Positions 37,395-50,779 of a stretch of 64,000 nucleotides of DNA are shown here, piece by piece. How positions within the stretch are numbered: the stretch's first letter is position 1; every line of letters begins with the position of its first letter. The DNA is from Octopus sinensis. Its lineage: Eukaryota. The stretch covers positions 12,152,001 through 12,216,000 of the forward strand of contig NC_043009.1 in NCBI RefSeq assembly GCF_006345805.1, given 5' to 3'. Under the pieces are notes generated by a model. That model was not told the origin of the DNA. It was given only the letters and a program-made list of their open reading frames with translations, and did no database searches. The position numbers and the translations under genes are program-made.

Positions 37395-37869
37395 GTAATT
37401 ACACATATGTTCACATACGATCCAGGTCAAATTTACTTGTCCTCATTTAAGGCTGTTGAATAATATTTTATCCCCCTCTCGGTCTCTCCGTCTCCCATCT
37501 CCCCCCTCTTTCTCTCTCTCTCCCCTCTACTCTCTCTTTCTCTCTTTGTGTCTGACTACATTTTTCTCCGCTTTTGCCGAATAAATTCAGCTACGTTCCG
37601 ATCCAGAGATGGATGGGCTTCACCAGATCTGAACATGACCAACATATGTTTTATGTCTGTCAGGAGTTGTGCTGCATTGCACACGTGTATATGTATATAT
37701 ATATGCGAATGATTAAGTGTGTGTGTGTGTGTGTGTGTGTGTTTGTGAGTGTGTTTGTGTGTGTGTGTACACGCGTATTTATGATTGAATACATATACTG
37801 TAATACCACAGATTTACAGGCAAGAGAATAGGAAAAAATAATTCCATGCCTATCCAACAGCGCCGGAAG

Positions 37870-38250
37870 TGGAGGCGCAATGGCCCAATGGTTAGGGTAG
37901 CGGACTCGCGGTCGGAGGATCGCGGTTTCGATTCCCAGACCGGGCGTTGTGTGTGTTTATTGAGCGAAAACACCTAAAGCTCCACGAGGCTCCGGCAGCG
38001 GGTGGTGGCGACCCCTGTTGTACTCTTTCGCCCCAACTTCCTCTCACTCCTTCTTCCTGTTTCTTATTACCGACTTCCTACGCAAACGCTGAGCCTGGAT
38101 GCACATTCATCCATCCGTCGATGCTCTCGGTGTCGGGGTGGGGGGTAATCCTGCTTTCTCCTCTGCGGGTCTTACGAATAGCAAAGACCACGTTTCGGAC
38201 TTCTCCCACTCTGGGACGAAGACCGCTTCGCTCAACAAACAAACAAACAA
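37870..38250 (+). mobile_element. SINE-C with tail type 2 and (AAAC)n end
   Basis: Matches 10927-11300; imperfect TSD aacagcgccgg / aacggcgtcgg. Confidence 0.92.
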
Positions 38251-38603
38251 ACGGCGTCGGCGATCTAAGTGTACAGGTATGTTTTACATATCAAAGCAGA
38301 TGTGCCAAGAAGATTAACTATAACTAACTTGTTCTCGAGGCTGGTCTACGGTTAAGATTCATTCATTAAATACATTTCAGTGTCTAGTATATGTAGAAGC
38401 GATATTTGCATATCACATGCATTTCTATTCACAAAGCTATGTTCACAAATCTATGTTCAAGCATTTCTCTTCACATTACACACCTGCGGAATAGCAACAT
38501 ACAAGTGGTCATATATGTAGGTAAGCAGTTATATTACACCACCTGTTTGTTGTCTACAACACCTGTCTTCGTCTTTTGTCTATTTGTGAATTCTCCACTC
38601 CCT

Positions 38604-38608
38604 ATACA

Positions 38609-38640
<32 letters not shown>

Positions 38641-38659
38641 CATACATATATATACACAC

Positions 38660-38692
<33 letters not shown>

Positions 38693-38823
38693 TACATATA
38701 TATACATACATACATACATATACATACATACATACATATACATAATACATACATACATACATACATACACATACATACATATATATACATACATACATAT
38801 ATATTTATACATACATATATATA

Positions 38824-38890
<67 letters not shown>
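38604..38890. repeat. (TACA)n/(TA)n microsatellite
   Basis: Directly visible. Confidence 0.95.
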
Positions 38891-39459
38891 GGGTGGTTAA
38901 TTCGCAGTTCTACAGACAGCATTTTACAGTAACACTGGTACTGACTAGTGCCCTTGTTAACTTTCGTGACATATATAAATATGCTGATAGATAGAAAGAT
39001 ATAGTTATATATGTATATATGAGTGTGTTCGTATGAATTTGTGTGCCTGTCTGCTTGTTTATGTATGTGTGTGTGTCTGTCTGTCTGGGTATACACGCGC
39101 GTGAAAGGGAGAGAGAGCGGGTGAGCGAGTGGGTGAGTGAACGTACGACTGCATTGGAAAATGTCTTAACTAACAACTAGGTCACAGTAACTTCAGGTTT
39201 ATGAAGTATCTAGGTCAAAGCAAAATCTAAAAAAAAAAAGTGGCGAAATAGAAATGTAAGCCCTAGACACAGAAAATTTAAATTCAGAAACTGCAGACGC
39301 CACTAAATACATGTAGATCACACAAGGGTCCCGCTGTTTAGAGCACTATTATGCATGCGTGCCTCTGTGTGCGTGTGTCTGTGTGTGTGTGTGTGTGTGT
39401 GCATGCGTACCTGTGTGTATGTGTGTGTGCCTATATATATATGTACATATATATGTATA

Positions 39460-39493
<34 letters not shown>

Positions 39494-40801
39494 CATACAT
39501 ATATATATAATGGGGGAGGTGTACATGTGTATATAGGTGTGCTTGTGTGTGTCTGTGTGTCGTTCAGTGACATACATCTCTCATGTAGATAGGAATAGAG
39601 TGCAACTTGCTTGCAGATTTAAAGGTACAAGCCGAGAAACTTTGTCCTAGTAATCCGACATTTCATCAGCCGTCGTTTCGGTACACAAGCACTTAACTTT
39701 TTCGTTTTTGTTTCCGAGGAACAGGCATTTCATACGTCTTCATACATCGAAGAATATGATTTAATATGATATTCAAATTCTTGACATTTACAGGGTGTGA
39801 ATACACACGATCACACACACATACATATATGTAGATATACGTATATATATATGTGTATATATATATAGATAATAACAATTTAATAAATAAAAACATATGC
39901 ATACATACATAAATACATACATATATGTACATACCTACATCTATATGTATATATACATGCATATATGAGTACAGGACACCACAAATAAACGTAGAACACA
40001 ACGAGAAACGAAAATATAAAATCAAACAAGCAAACGGACTTTTTTTTAACAACGAAAAAACATATATATATATATATATATATATAAAGAAAAAACTAAG
40101 CTAAGAGCATTAGATTCCGTGGAAGAAAGCAGCGAATGTATGCGAAAACAAGGACGGAAAGAAAACAGAAACTTTTACACAAATACAAATAACAGGACAT
40201 AACAACAGGTGTCTTTCGACTAAGAAAGAATTAAATTAAGCAAGCGTGTGTGGAAGTAAAGCATTACGGCAAGGATACCAGATTTAACAGGCACGGGGAG
40301 GAATATAAATGTTAGACAGATGGCTGCCGAACCAAGACAGAAATGTCAGGCTTGGCCGAACACCGGGGAGAGAAGAGAGAGAGATAGATGTAGAGGCAGA
40401 GAGACAGAAGAATTAAGGAGGGGCGAGAAAAAATGACAAGGACACAGTGAAGTGAAAAGATGAAGGAAAATGAGCATGAAGAGAAAGCAAGGAAATGTGA
40501 GAGAGGGGAAATGAAAGAACGAATAGTGGAATGAACGAAGTAAGCGTGAAAGGGCCGATACAACGAAGGAATGAATAAAAGAAAGAAAGAATAGAGTCGC
40601 ACAAGATTTAGATAAATATATACTTACATATAAGGGACCAAAGTGTACATACACCGTTAATATATATAGAATATACAAAATGGGACAAGAACGCAAAACA
40701 TCCATATATATATACATATATAAAGAAAAGAAAAAAACGGGTACATCTTTTTCAATTCTACATTTCTGCTAAAACGGACAGGTCAGTAAACAACCTCGCC
40801 T

Positions 40802-41155
40802 TGAATTCATAATATTCTGTACTGACCCTGAGATGTATAATATATTTGTTTTAATCTTTTCTGCCCATTTTTTCAAATATTCTCATCATACTGTTGTATT
40901 TTCTTATGTCCTTAACATGTCCCTGTTACCAAAGACTGTATATATACATGTAATGTGGCAATTTGCAACAACCAATAATTAACGCAACCAAACTTCCAAT
41001 AATATATTTGTTTTATTCTTTTCTGCCCATTTTTTCAAATATTCTCATCACACTGTTGTACTTCTTTATGTCCTTAACATGTCCCTGTTACCAAAGACTG
41101 TATATATACATGTAATGTGGCAATTATGTAAAATTTTTTGAATTCATAATATTCT
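40802..41155. repeat. Local direct duplication: 126-bp unit x2 inside 17-bp direct repeats
   Basis: 40838-40963 is nearly identical to 41000-41125; tgaattcataatattct at 40802-18 and 41139-55. Confidence 0.92.
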
Positions 41156-41297
41156 ATGTTACTTTTGACAATCTTTTTCCAAAGAGTGAAACCGGTTAAG
41201 TAAATAAACATCTTTTAAATTGCATTTTCAAACCTTCTTTCGTATATAATTCCACTCGTGCGATACCCCACAACTCAACTTTGTTATATATATATAT

Positions 41298-41342
<45 letters not shown>

Positions 41343-41519
41343 ATGTTGAGTAAAAAGTAAGCAACGTTTTGAACCAAGGATTTGTACTGAATTTTGGTAG
41401 AGTTTTGAAATTGTTTTAAACATTTTTTGTAATTGTCTCATAATTCAGACATAGATTTGCCCAAATGCATCAATAAATAAACAGTGGTATTTTTTTTTCA
41501 CCGTTTTTACAATCATCTG

Positions 41520-41725
41520 AAATGGAACTGTTAAAGCGCGATATTCGAGCAATTTTGAAGGACGCACAGCAGCTGAAAATGCTCGCGATATCAACGAAAC
41601 GTTTGTTGAGAAAATGACCAGTGAGTGGTCAACTCGAAATGGCGGTTTAAGCGGTTTCGCAGTGGAGACCTGACCCTTGAAGATCGTCAGCGTAGTGGAC
41701 ACCCATCTGTCATCTATGAACAAAT
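41520..41725 (+). pseudogene. Mariner transposase N-terminal (HTH) fragment
   Basis: GRTAAENARDINETF...KRFRSGDLTLEDRQRSGHP resembles the mariner N-terminus (A.R.I...W...F..G...LED..RSGRP). Confidence 0.82.
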
Positions 41726-41755
41726 GATAGTGTGTGTTTTGTGTGTACATGCATA

Positions 41756-41966
41756 CTCTTTTACTCTTTTACTTGTTTCAGTTATTTGACTGCGGCCATG
41801 TTGGAGCACCGCCTTTAGTCGAGCAAATCGACCCCAGGACTTATTCTTTGTAAGCCTAGTACTTATTCTATCTGTCTCTTTGCCGAACCACTAAGTTACG
41901 GTGACGTAAACACACCAGCATCGGTTGTCAAGCGATGCTGGGGGGACAAACACAGACACATAAAAG

Positions 41967-42032
<66 letters not shown>

Positions 42033-42203
42033 CATATACGTATATACGACGGGCTTCTTTCAGTTTCCGTCTACCAAATCCACTCACAAGGCTTTGGTCG
42101 ACCCGAAGCTATAGTAGAAGACACTTTCTCAAAGTGCCACGCAGTGGGACTGAACCCGGAACCATGTGGCTGGTAAGCAAGCTATTACCACACAGCCACT
42201 CCT
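41756..42203 (-). mobile_element. SINE-B full length
   Basis: Reverse-complement family match. Confidence 0.93.
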
Positions 42204-42399
42204 GCATGTGTGTATATTTATATAATTGTATGTATTTTTGCGTGTATTACTATTATACATACAGATATATATTCAGACCCATATGTAGTCTTGCGTATAT
42301 AGATACCTACATTCGCACATGCTTGTTATATATATATATATATATGCGTGTGTGTTTTTCGTGTTTCTGTATTCTTTTATTCTTTTATTTGTTTCTGTC

Positions 42400-42752
42400 A
42401 TCTTGACTGTGGCCATGCTGGAGCACCGCCTTTAGTCAAACAAATTGAGCCCAGGACTTATTCTTTGCAAGCCGAGTAATTCGGTCACTTTTGCCGAACC
42501 GCTAAGCTACGGAAACGTAAACACACCAACATCGGTTATCAAGCGATGGTGGGGGTACCAACACAGACACACAAATATACACATACACACATACGATTGG
42601 CTTCCTTCAGTTTCCGTTCACCGAATCCACTCACAAGGCTTTGATCGGCCCGAGGCTATAGTAGAACACACTTGCCCAATGTGCCACGCAATGGAACTGA
42701 ACCCGGAACCATGTTGTTAGTAAGCAAGCTATTTACCACACACCCACTCTTG
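42400..42752 (-). mobile_element. SINE-B, older copy
   Basis: Reverse-complement family match with more substitutions. Confidence 0.88.
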
Positions 42753-42783
42753 TGTATGAAAAAAAGAACATTTGTTTGTTGTA

Positions 42784-44062
42784 TTGCCAACTAAGTTTCC
42801 GCCGTTTTTTAGCTTTAAATTTTTTTAAAGGTTTAATAAAAATAACAACTAATTAATCAATAATGTATTCACCCTTGTTGTTTACAACTTCTTCCCAATG
42901 TTCAACAAGATTTTCAATACCTCGTTGGTAGAAATCACCCGATTTCGACTCGAAAAATTGATCCAACCAAGCTCTCAATTCTGCATCAGTACTGAACGAA
43001 ACTCCGCGCATAGCATTTGAAAGAGATCGAAAGAGGTGGAAATCCATTGGTGCCAAATCAGGAGAGTACGGCGGGTGTGGCAGCACTCCCCAGCCATGCG
43101 TTTGAATGGCTTCCTTGGTCATATTGGCGATACGAGGGCGGGCGTTGTTGTGAAGCGGAAGAACTCCATGCTGACGATTAGGTCTTTTCTCTTGAATAGC
43201 CGTGTTGAGTCGTTTCATCTGTTGAACATAGAGTTCCGCGTTGATCGTTTGGTTCCGTTCAAGCAATTCGTAATGGATAATCCCTTCGCAGTCCCACCAT
43301 ACGTACATCGTTTTACGCGGATAAAAATCTTGTTTCACGTGTGGTGTCGCTTGTTTATCGGGGCTAAGCCATTCCTTACGCTGCTTCATATTGATGTACA
43401 GGCACCATTTTCCGTCGCCAGTAACGATTTGGTAAAGAAATCGTTGCTTGTGTCCATGATTTTAGAGGTGACGAGAAAGCAAATCAACGGAGATTGTGGC
43501 TCGTTGATATTTGTTGTCACTTAAAGCATGCGGAACCCATGTTCCATACATCTGAACTTTTCCAATCGAGTGAAGATGCTTCTCTATAGCAGTGTGGGAG
43601 TATTCCGTTTTCTCTGCCAGTTCCCTTGTCGTTTGATGAGAATTTTCGTGCAAAAGTTGGTTTAATCGCTCTTCATCTAACTCAACTGGACGGCCAGTGC
43701 GTCTTTGAACTTCCATTTTTGAACTTGGCATACCAATCACGAGCGGTTCTTTCAGCTATGGTACCCTCTCCATACACAGCACAAATGTCGCGGGCAGCTT
43801 TTGCGGCCTTAGAACCTTGATTAAAAGCAAAAAGAAAGAGGTGTCGAAAATGCTGTTTTTTCTTAACTTGACATTCCATTTTAATGATCTGAAAATAAAC
43901 AAAAATTTACTAAAATTAACTAGAAAAAAAAAAACAAAAAGCAAAATAGATTCCAAAATGATTCAAAAATTGAATTCTCGAAAAAAAAAAGTAGATTCCC
44001 AAATTTAAAAACGCAATAAATTCCAAGATTTAAAAACGGCGGGAACTTAGTTGCCAACCCAA
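42784..44062 (-). mobile_element. Near full-length mariner (about 1.28 kb), inactive
   Basis: TIRs (t)tgggttggcaactaagttcccgccgttttt (left copy partly deleted), TA flanks. Transposase in three frameshifted pieces: MECQVKKKQHFRH..., IVTGDGKWCLY, WWDCEG, HNNAR (second catalytic D changed to N), HPPYSPDLAPMDF. Confidence 0.95.
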
Positions 44063-44708
44063 TATTATAATTTTGCTGATTAAGAGACGGAGTGATTATG
44101 GCAGCGTGCGTACGTGAACGCGTTTCATACTGAAAGCACCAAATATTTGACTATGAAAATATATAGGGTAGAATAAACAAGTATCAAGGCCAAATGAAAA
44201 AAGAATTAGGGGAAAGAACCTGCTGCGTGCATGTTAGAGTATACAAATATCGTGAATGAGTTTAAGTAAATGGTGTATATACTGTCAGCAGTGCACACCC
44301 CAGAATAGGTAGCATGCTGTTTGATATAATTTACCCGCTTGTCACATTCACACTGCTGTGATGAACTTGTATAAACCATTTACCAACGTGTCTCGTTCTT
44401 GTCTGAGAGAGAGTGTTGTCTAACCAAAACGATTTAACACATTGCCATTCCTGCCCAACGTTCGCACCACGCCTTTTCTAATAACGCTGTTTTCAATTAC
44501 ACGTGGCGACAGCTCCTCACTGCAAAAGACCTTTACAGAGCACAATATCTCGATGACAGTACTCTTGACTGTTTTATAATTTACATGTTTAGTATTACAT
44601 TGTAAATGGAGGAATCAGTTACATTTCTATTGTTACTTTTTACACTGATAGGAGCGGGAGAAAAGAGGACTGCAACAGGACAGTGACATTCCACTATATA
44701 TCTTCACT

Positions 44709-44780
<72 letters not shown>

Positions 44781-44784
44781 CTTC

Positions 44785-44965
44785 ATTGCCCACAAGGGGC
44801 TAAACACAGAGGGGACAAATAAGGACAGACAAAGTGCTTAAGTCGGTTACACCGACCCCAGTGCGTAATTGGTTCTTAATTTAACGACCCCGAAATTATG
44901 AAAGGCAAAGCCGACTTCAGCGGAATTTGAACTCAGAACGTAACGGCAGACGAAATACCTATTTC
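44785..44965 (-). mobile_element. SINE-A beginning at the array-type junction
   Basis: Minus strand reads ggaaata|ggtatttcgtctgcc (junction 44959/60), i.e. a remnant of a preceding unit's 3' end with no tRNA head. Follows (TA)n at about 44712-44778. Confidence 0.85.
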
Positions 44966-45103
44966 CGTAGGTCTATCGCTACACCAAGAGAATATGATGG
45001 GTGCTGTAAAATTTTCCAGCGGAGTTCTTCAATAGCAAATTAAGGACATGGGGTTAGCATTGTCGTATTGGAGTACACCGTGTCACCGGTCGGGTCGCAC
45101 CAA

Positions 45104-45195
45104 GCTTTTGAATGTAACTCATCGAGTGAAGGTGACGATTTCATGAGGGCTTTTGAATGTAACTCATCGAGTGAGGGCAACGATTTCATGAGGGC
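45104..45195. repeat. 45-bp tandem duplication
   Basis: gcttttgaatgtaactcatcgagtga(a/g)gg(tg/ca)acgatttcatgagg x2, 3 mismatches. Confidence 0.95.
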
Positions 45196-45559
45196 ATCCC
45201 CTGCACGAGGCAAATTCCCAAGTGGATTGGCGTTAATCATCATGGATGAGCTTGTTCAATCGATGCTCAGCAAACTGAACAGGTCGGTCGAAATACAGAG
45301 ACTCTATGAGATCGAATTTACCTTCTTTAAAGAATAAAATTTATTTCTGTGGAGTACTTTCTAAAACAGCGTTGACAGTTTTGGAACCTTGATTGGAAGT
45401 TTGAGTGAAGTCAGTATCAAAATTGCTTTTATTTTCTTCTTCCCACTTGGCACTCTATCGTCATATTCATAAAAAGATGTACAACTGGCACTCCGTCGCG
45501 TACGACGACGAGGGCTTCAGTAGATCCGATCAATGGAAGCAATTATAGAGTTATTAACA

Positions 45560-45774
45560 GTATCGATCTGGTCGAGAGGTGAGGCGATATCATTCAATCA
45601 TGGGACTGCGGCCACGCTGGGACATCGTTAGAAGGGTTTTAGTTGAACAAATCCACCCCAGTACTTGGGTATTTTTCTTAAGTTTGATACTTATTGTATC
45701 GATCTCTTTTGTCAAAATGCTACATAATAAACTAATATCGATTACCAAGTGATAAGAGGACACACACACATACA

Positions 45775-45830
<56 letters not shown>

Positions 45831-46010
45831 CACGCGCGCGCGCGCGACGGGCATACACACAGCTTTCGTCTGTGAAATTCACTCACAAGGTATTGGTCGG
45901 CCCGGAGCTACATAAGAAGACACTTGCTCGTGTTTCTGCACAATGGGATTGAACCTGAAACCACGTGGCTGCAAAGAGAGTTTCTTGAGCACTCAAACAT
46001 GCCTGCACCT
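45560..46010 (-). mobile_element. Degenerate SINE-B
   Basis: gactgcggccacgctgg tail, (CA)n(TA)n spacer, cactcacaagg...gaacctgaaacc head remnants. Confidence 0.72.
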
Positions 46011-46503
46011 ACCTGTGATATTGATACTTCCCCAACACTTACGAAGAATTGAACTGAAGTGAAGCAGTAGCTACAGGGAGCAAATGAAACTCTCAAAGAA
46101 TTGGTACCAGGGAACTTACCTACTTTTTACAGAACCAATACTTAATCAAGAACAAATTCCAAAGTATTTATTTTCTGTAAATTCTACACGATTATATTTC
46201 TAAACTCCGGTTATCGCTGCTGCAAATTGCATATCAAAATTCTTCAGAGTACATCGTTTATCACGGGTGTTTAGTTAGAGAAGAAGAAAAAAGACGTGTT
46301 CAATGAATCTGTGATAAATGACTGATAGAAGATATGGGGAAAATAGGTTTCGTTACGAGACACCCAAGTTGTCCCGAGCACTGTGGGTGGTTTCTGGGTG
46401 CACTTTTGCAGGCCAGACAGAATTTTTAACTAATCGCTAACTGACCCGTATTATTACATAATATTTCGTGATAAGCGGAACATATTACACAATTGAGCGA
46501 ATC

Positions 46504-46930
46504 AATTAATCAGTGATAAACGAATTAATCAGTGATAAATAAATTAGTCAGTGATAAACGAATTAGTTAGTGATAAGCGAATTGATTGATTTTTATTGAT
46601 GTGCCCTTTTCAAGCCTAGCCAGGCTCATGGGTCCGGTTTCCCGGTTTCTGTGGCGTATGTGTTTTTTCCAGCTGGACGGGACGCCAGTCCATCGCCGCG
46701 TTAGTCAAGAAATAGGAAGAAAGAGTGAGAGAAAGTTGGGTCGAAAGAGTACAGCAGGGGTCGCCACCACCCCCTGCCGGAGCCTCGTGGAGCTTTTTAT
46801 GTTTTCACTCAATAAACACACAGAACACCTGGTCTGGGAATCGAAAGCGCGATCCTCCGACCGCGAGTCGGCTGCCCCAACCACTGGACCATTGCGCCTC
46901 CACGATAAACGAATTAATCAGTGATAAACC
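46504..46930. repeat. 19-bp minisatellite (AATTAATCAGTGATAAACG) split by a SINE
   Basis: Units start at 46504, 46523, 46542 and 46561, and resume at 46912. Confidence 0.9.
46590..46901 (-). mobile_element. SINE-C (tail type 1)
   Basis: Reverse complement of the family; head ends ...cattgcgcctcc at 46901. Confidence 0.93.
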
Positions 46931-48225
46931 AACTAATAGTAAACGAGGATGTATGTAGTAATGTATAGCCAAACTAGTATAAAATACACTGTATTATTTC
47001 AGTTACCACTATATTTCATTTATATTATACTGTAATCCGTAATTGTTCAGTTTTAAAGTATGATGATCCTGTGTCTGTGAAGCCATTCTAGATACGGAAT
47101 GTATAAACTCAAGCCAACGATTGGTTAAACGAAGGAATTTTAATATGTATAAGAAAAGCTGCCCGACTTCCAACTTTGTCAGAGTTAGCAAAATGAGGGG
47201 TTAAAAAAAGAATGGAAAATATTTAAGAAGTGTATACGTGTGCGTTCTTCACTCTTTGTAAGGCCCCGTGAGTTTAAATGCACGTAAAAATGAGCATACG
47301 TTCGTGTGTAAGTTGAGAGCATGCCTCTGTGTGCATGTATGTGTATATGCGTGTTCGTGTGTTCGTGCGAGAGCAGCGCAGTCTCATGTGAGTGGATGCA
47401 CATAATTACGTAGAAATATGTGTGTGTATGCGTATGCGCGCGCAGCCTCTGTGCGCGAGGCCTCTCGTGTATAGATGCAGGCAGATACGTATACACAAAT
47501 GTATGTGTGTTAATTGCGTAGCCTCTCTGCATGAGGTCTCTTTATGGGAGGCGCATAAATCTCTGTACACTCTAGTGTGAGCGTGTGTGTGTCTGTGTGT
47601 GTGTGTGTGAGCGGAGGCTCAGTGTGTCAGGATTGTGTGAGGATGCACATAAGTATGTACAAACATGCATGTATGTGTGTGAGAGAGAGGGAGGGAGTAG
47701 GGGAGAGAGAGAGAAAGAAAGAAAAACCGCGCTAGTTTGTTTTGTCTTAAAAGTAAACAAATCTGAATATTTTAAAATATTTTTTACAAATATTCCAACC
47801 GTTTCTCTTTTTCGTTTTACCATATTTTTTTTAATATTTTTATTTGTTTGTTTTTTGCATCACGCCATTTTTCATAGACAAGAAAACCCAGATTTCTAAA
47901 GAGTAAAAAAGAGAATGTGAGAAGTGTATGTTTCATACGACAGTATTAATGTGAGACATGTGTGTTGTGAATCGATTTCACAAGGATATTGAAACCAGGC
48001 AACAGGCCACCCCATAAATTTTATTCTTGTTGGTTTATAACACAAGGCTATCTTCCCCTAATCTAGAAGCCCTATGATCAAAACCGTTCCAACCGCGTCA
48101 ATCCCAACTTTTCTCAAGTTACGCTTCATCTGTGACTAGATCATCCACAGCTTCTTTTAATCTTTTTAGTTACAGGAGAATGTATGATACGAAAGAGATT
48201 TAGTTGTTAATATTTGCAGGTCGAG

Positions 48226-48812
48226 AGACGGCGAGCTGGCAGAAACGTTAGCACGCCGAGCGAAATGCTTAGCAGTATTTCGTCTGCCGCTACATTCTGA
48301 GTTCAAATTCCGCCGAGGTTGACTTTGCCTTTCATCCTTTCGCGATCGATTAAATAAGTACCAGTTGCGCACTGGCGTCGATGTGATCGACTTAATCCGT
48401 TTGTCTGTCCTTGTTTGTCCTCTCTGTGTTTAGCCCCTTGTGGGTAGTAAAGAAATAGGTATTTCGTCTGCCGTTACGTTCTGAGTTCAAATTCCGTCGA
48501 GGTCGACTTTGCCTTTCATCTCTTCGAAGTCGATAAATTAAGTACCAGTTACGCACTGGGGTCGATGTAATAGACTTAATCCGTTTGTCTGTCCTTGTTT
48601 GTCCCCTCTGTGTTTAGCCCCTTGTGGGTAGTAAAGAAAAAAGTATCGTAGGCATGCCGGGCAAAATGGTTAGCAACATTTCGTCCGTCTTTCGGTTCTG
48701 AGTTCAAATTCCGCCTTTCATCATTTCTGGGTACCAATTGAGTACTGGGGTCCATGTAATCGACTTAAACCGTACCCTGATTTTGCTGGCATTGTGCCAA
48801 AATTTGAAACCA
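48226..48812 (+). mobile_element. SINE-A dimer followed by an older internally deleted copy
   Basis: Junction aaagaaata|ggtatttcgtctgcc at 48457/8; third, diverged copy from about 48650. Confidence 0.93.
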
Positions 48813-49699
48813 ATATTTTTAGGTCGACCAACTAGATAGAGATGTTTATTACATGAATCGGTTAGTGCAGAAGATTAACGGAAAGTAGTGAGTGCTGTTC
48901 AAAACGTTTGTGTTATGTATACCGGGTCTCTACGTTTTGAGTTCGAATCCCATAAAGGGCAATGTTTCCTCGTATCCCTCCGAGATCGGTGAAATAGAGT
49001 ACCAGTCAAGTCCTAGAGCAATGTAATCCACGAACGTCCTCCCCTTAAATCTAGCTGGTCTTGTGGCTAAATTAGAAACATTTAGTTCGATAGAATACCA
49101 GATAAATGTGAAGCATTTAATTATGTGCTTTTGTGCTGAAATCTCAACGGAGACAACTTTGTTCTTCTTCCTCGTACACCTATGAAATAAATACGAGCTG
49201 CTGGTATTGTTTAGCCTAGATTTAACTTTAAGAAATCTTACGATTAATGGCGTTCCAACCACGAAATTTTCTGTTTTTTATATCTACAATTACAATATCT
49301 TGTGTCTTTATTAAAACATGAGAAAAATTTGTCTTCCGCCTCCTTTAGTTCAAACGACCAAAGCTCCTTCGTTATTCAGTCGGTTATTTCCTACTCTAGA
49401 ATGTGTAACATTTGTCTTCTGTCTTCTTGTTCTTCTATACTCAGGCCTAGATACATATACACATATGTGTATACCATCATCGTCGTTTTAGCGTCTATTT
49501 CAAATGTCTGTTTTATACTTGCATAGGTCAGACGAGTGTGTTTGGGGCAGAGGAAGAGTCAGCGAACGCAGGAAAATATGAACTCAAAGACGCGCGCGCG
49601 TGCACACACACACATACACACACACACACACACACACGCACACACACACACGCATACACACGCACACGCACATTCACACATATGTATGTAAGTATATAT

Positions 49700-49860
49700 A
49701 TGACGGGCTTCTTTCAGTTTCCGTCTACCAAATCCACTCACAAGGCTTTTACTCATCCCTGGCCTATCGCACAAGACATCCTTAGTGCGATGAGTAGAAT
49801 TGAACCCGAAACCACGTATTTAGATAGCGGACTTTTCAACCAACAAGCCTTGCCTATGCC
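49700..49860 (-). mobile_element. SINE-B 5' half
   Basis: gacgggcttctttcagtttccgtctaccaaatccactcacaagg...gaacccgaaacc. Confidence 0.8.
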
Positions 49861-49934
49861 AATGGCATAGTTTCGTTTCTACAAAACTGAGTAAATAAAT
49901 GCCCAGAGATTACTGAATTGTGGCCGGTTTACAT

Positions 49935-50140
49935 GACTAATAAGCGACTGAGATCACAACATGCTCAGTGAACGAGACACCAGTCTGTTACAAAACGACT
50001 CATTTACAGCTGATTGAACTAGTGCAACGTGAAATGAAGTGTTTTGCTCAAGAAAAGGACAAACTGCCCAGCCAGGGAATCGAAATCACAGTCTTGTGGT
50101 TATGAGTGCAACACTCAAACCACCATATAATGAGCCTTCA
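49935..50140 (-). mobile_element. SINE-D, degenerate
   Basis: gaaatgaagtgttttgctcaagaa core and gggaatcgaaatc B-box on the reverse strand. Confidence 0.75.
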
Positions 50141-50394
50141 CCATAAAGAAGAAATCAAATATTAAATTTTGCGAAGCAGCTCAACACAAACTCAGCAACA
50201 GTGTTTATACTCAGTTCATAATATGACAGTTCAGCTAACTTTACTTTCTGCTTGTTTAGTACCTTCAGTGTGTGGCAAATTTGGCTTCTTAGCAATTAAC
50301 CAAATTCCTGAAAACTAGGAAACGTCTTTTGTGTTGAAGTCTACCAGAATGGATAAGATTAGCGCCTACTGTCACTTTTCAACATATTTTTGTG

Positions 50395-50760
50395 TATTAT
50401 TATCATTATTATTATTATATTATTATTATTATTATTATTATCATTATTGAGTGAGAGAGCAGTGCATGCCATAAAAGTGATACTGGTGTGAAATATACGA
50501 AGCCCGGTATACCCATCATGACTACCCGTCTGATAGTGTACACCAGGCACATGCATCACAACCATATGTGCGCGACATGGTGATCTCATATCAAGATTAA
50601 CAGTGCATGACCTCGCAGGTGGAACCCAGTTAGAATTTTCTTAAGATGGAGTAGCCCATACCGCTCAAAACGTCCTTGAATAAGAGTTGTTTAAGGATGT
50701 TGAATGAAACACTCATGTTTCCAGAGGTAAATTATCCAAACCCCAAAGAATTCCTCTCTT
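50395..50760 (-). mobile_element. Retroposon 3' module with (AAT)n tail (SINE/LINE tail, family unassigned)
   Basis: Abuts (ATT)n at about 50395-50445. Its far end caaaccccaaagaatt is shared with 29270-29290. Confidence 0.55.
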
Positions 50761-50779
50761 TGGGGATTGTGTGGGAGTA

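Noticed and set aside
43036-43524. 162-aa plus-strand ORF (and similar antisense ORFs over the LINEs at 4975-5301, 55515-55886 etc.)
   Set aside because: Antisense shadows of transposase or RT coding sequence.
44330-44580. Possible L1-like C-terminal zinc-finger remnant on the minus strand
   Set aside because: Similarity too weak to support by eye.
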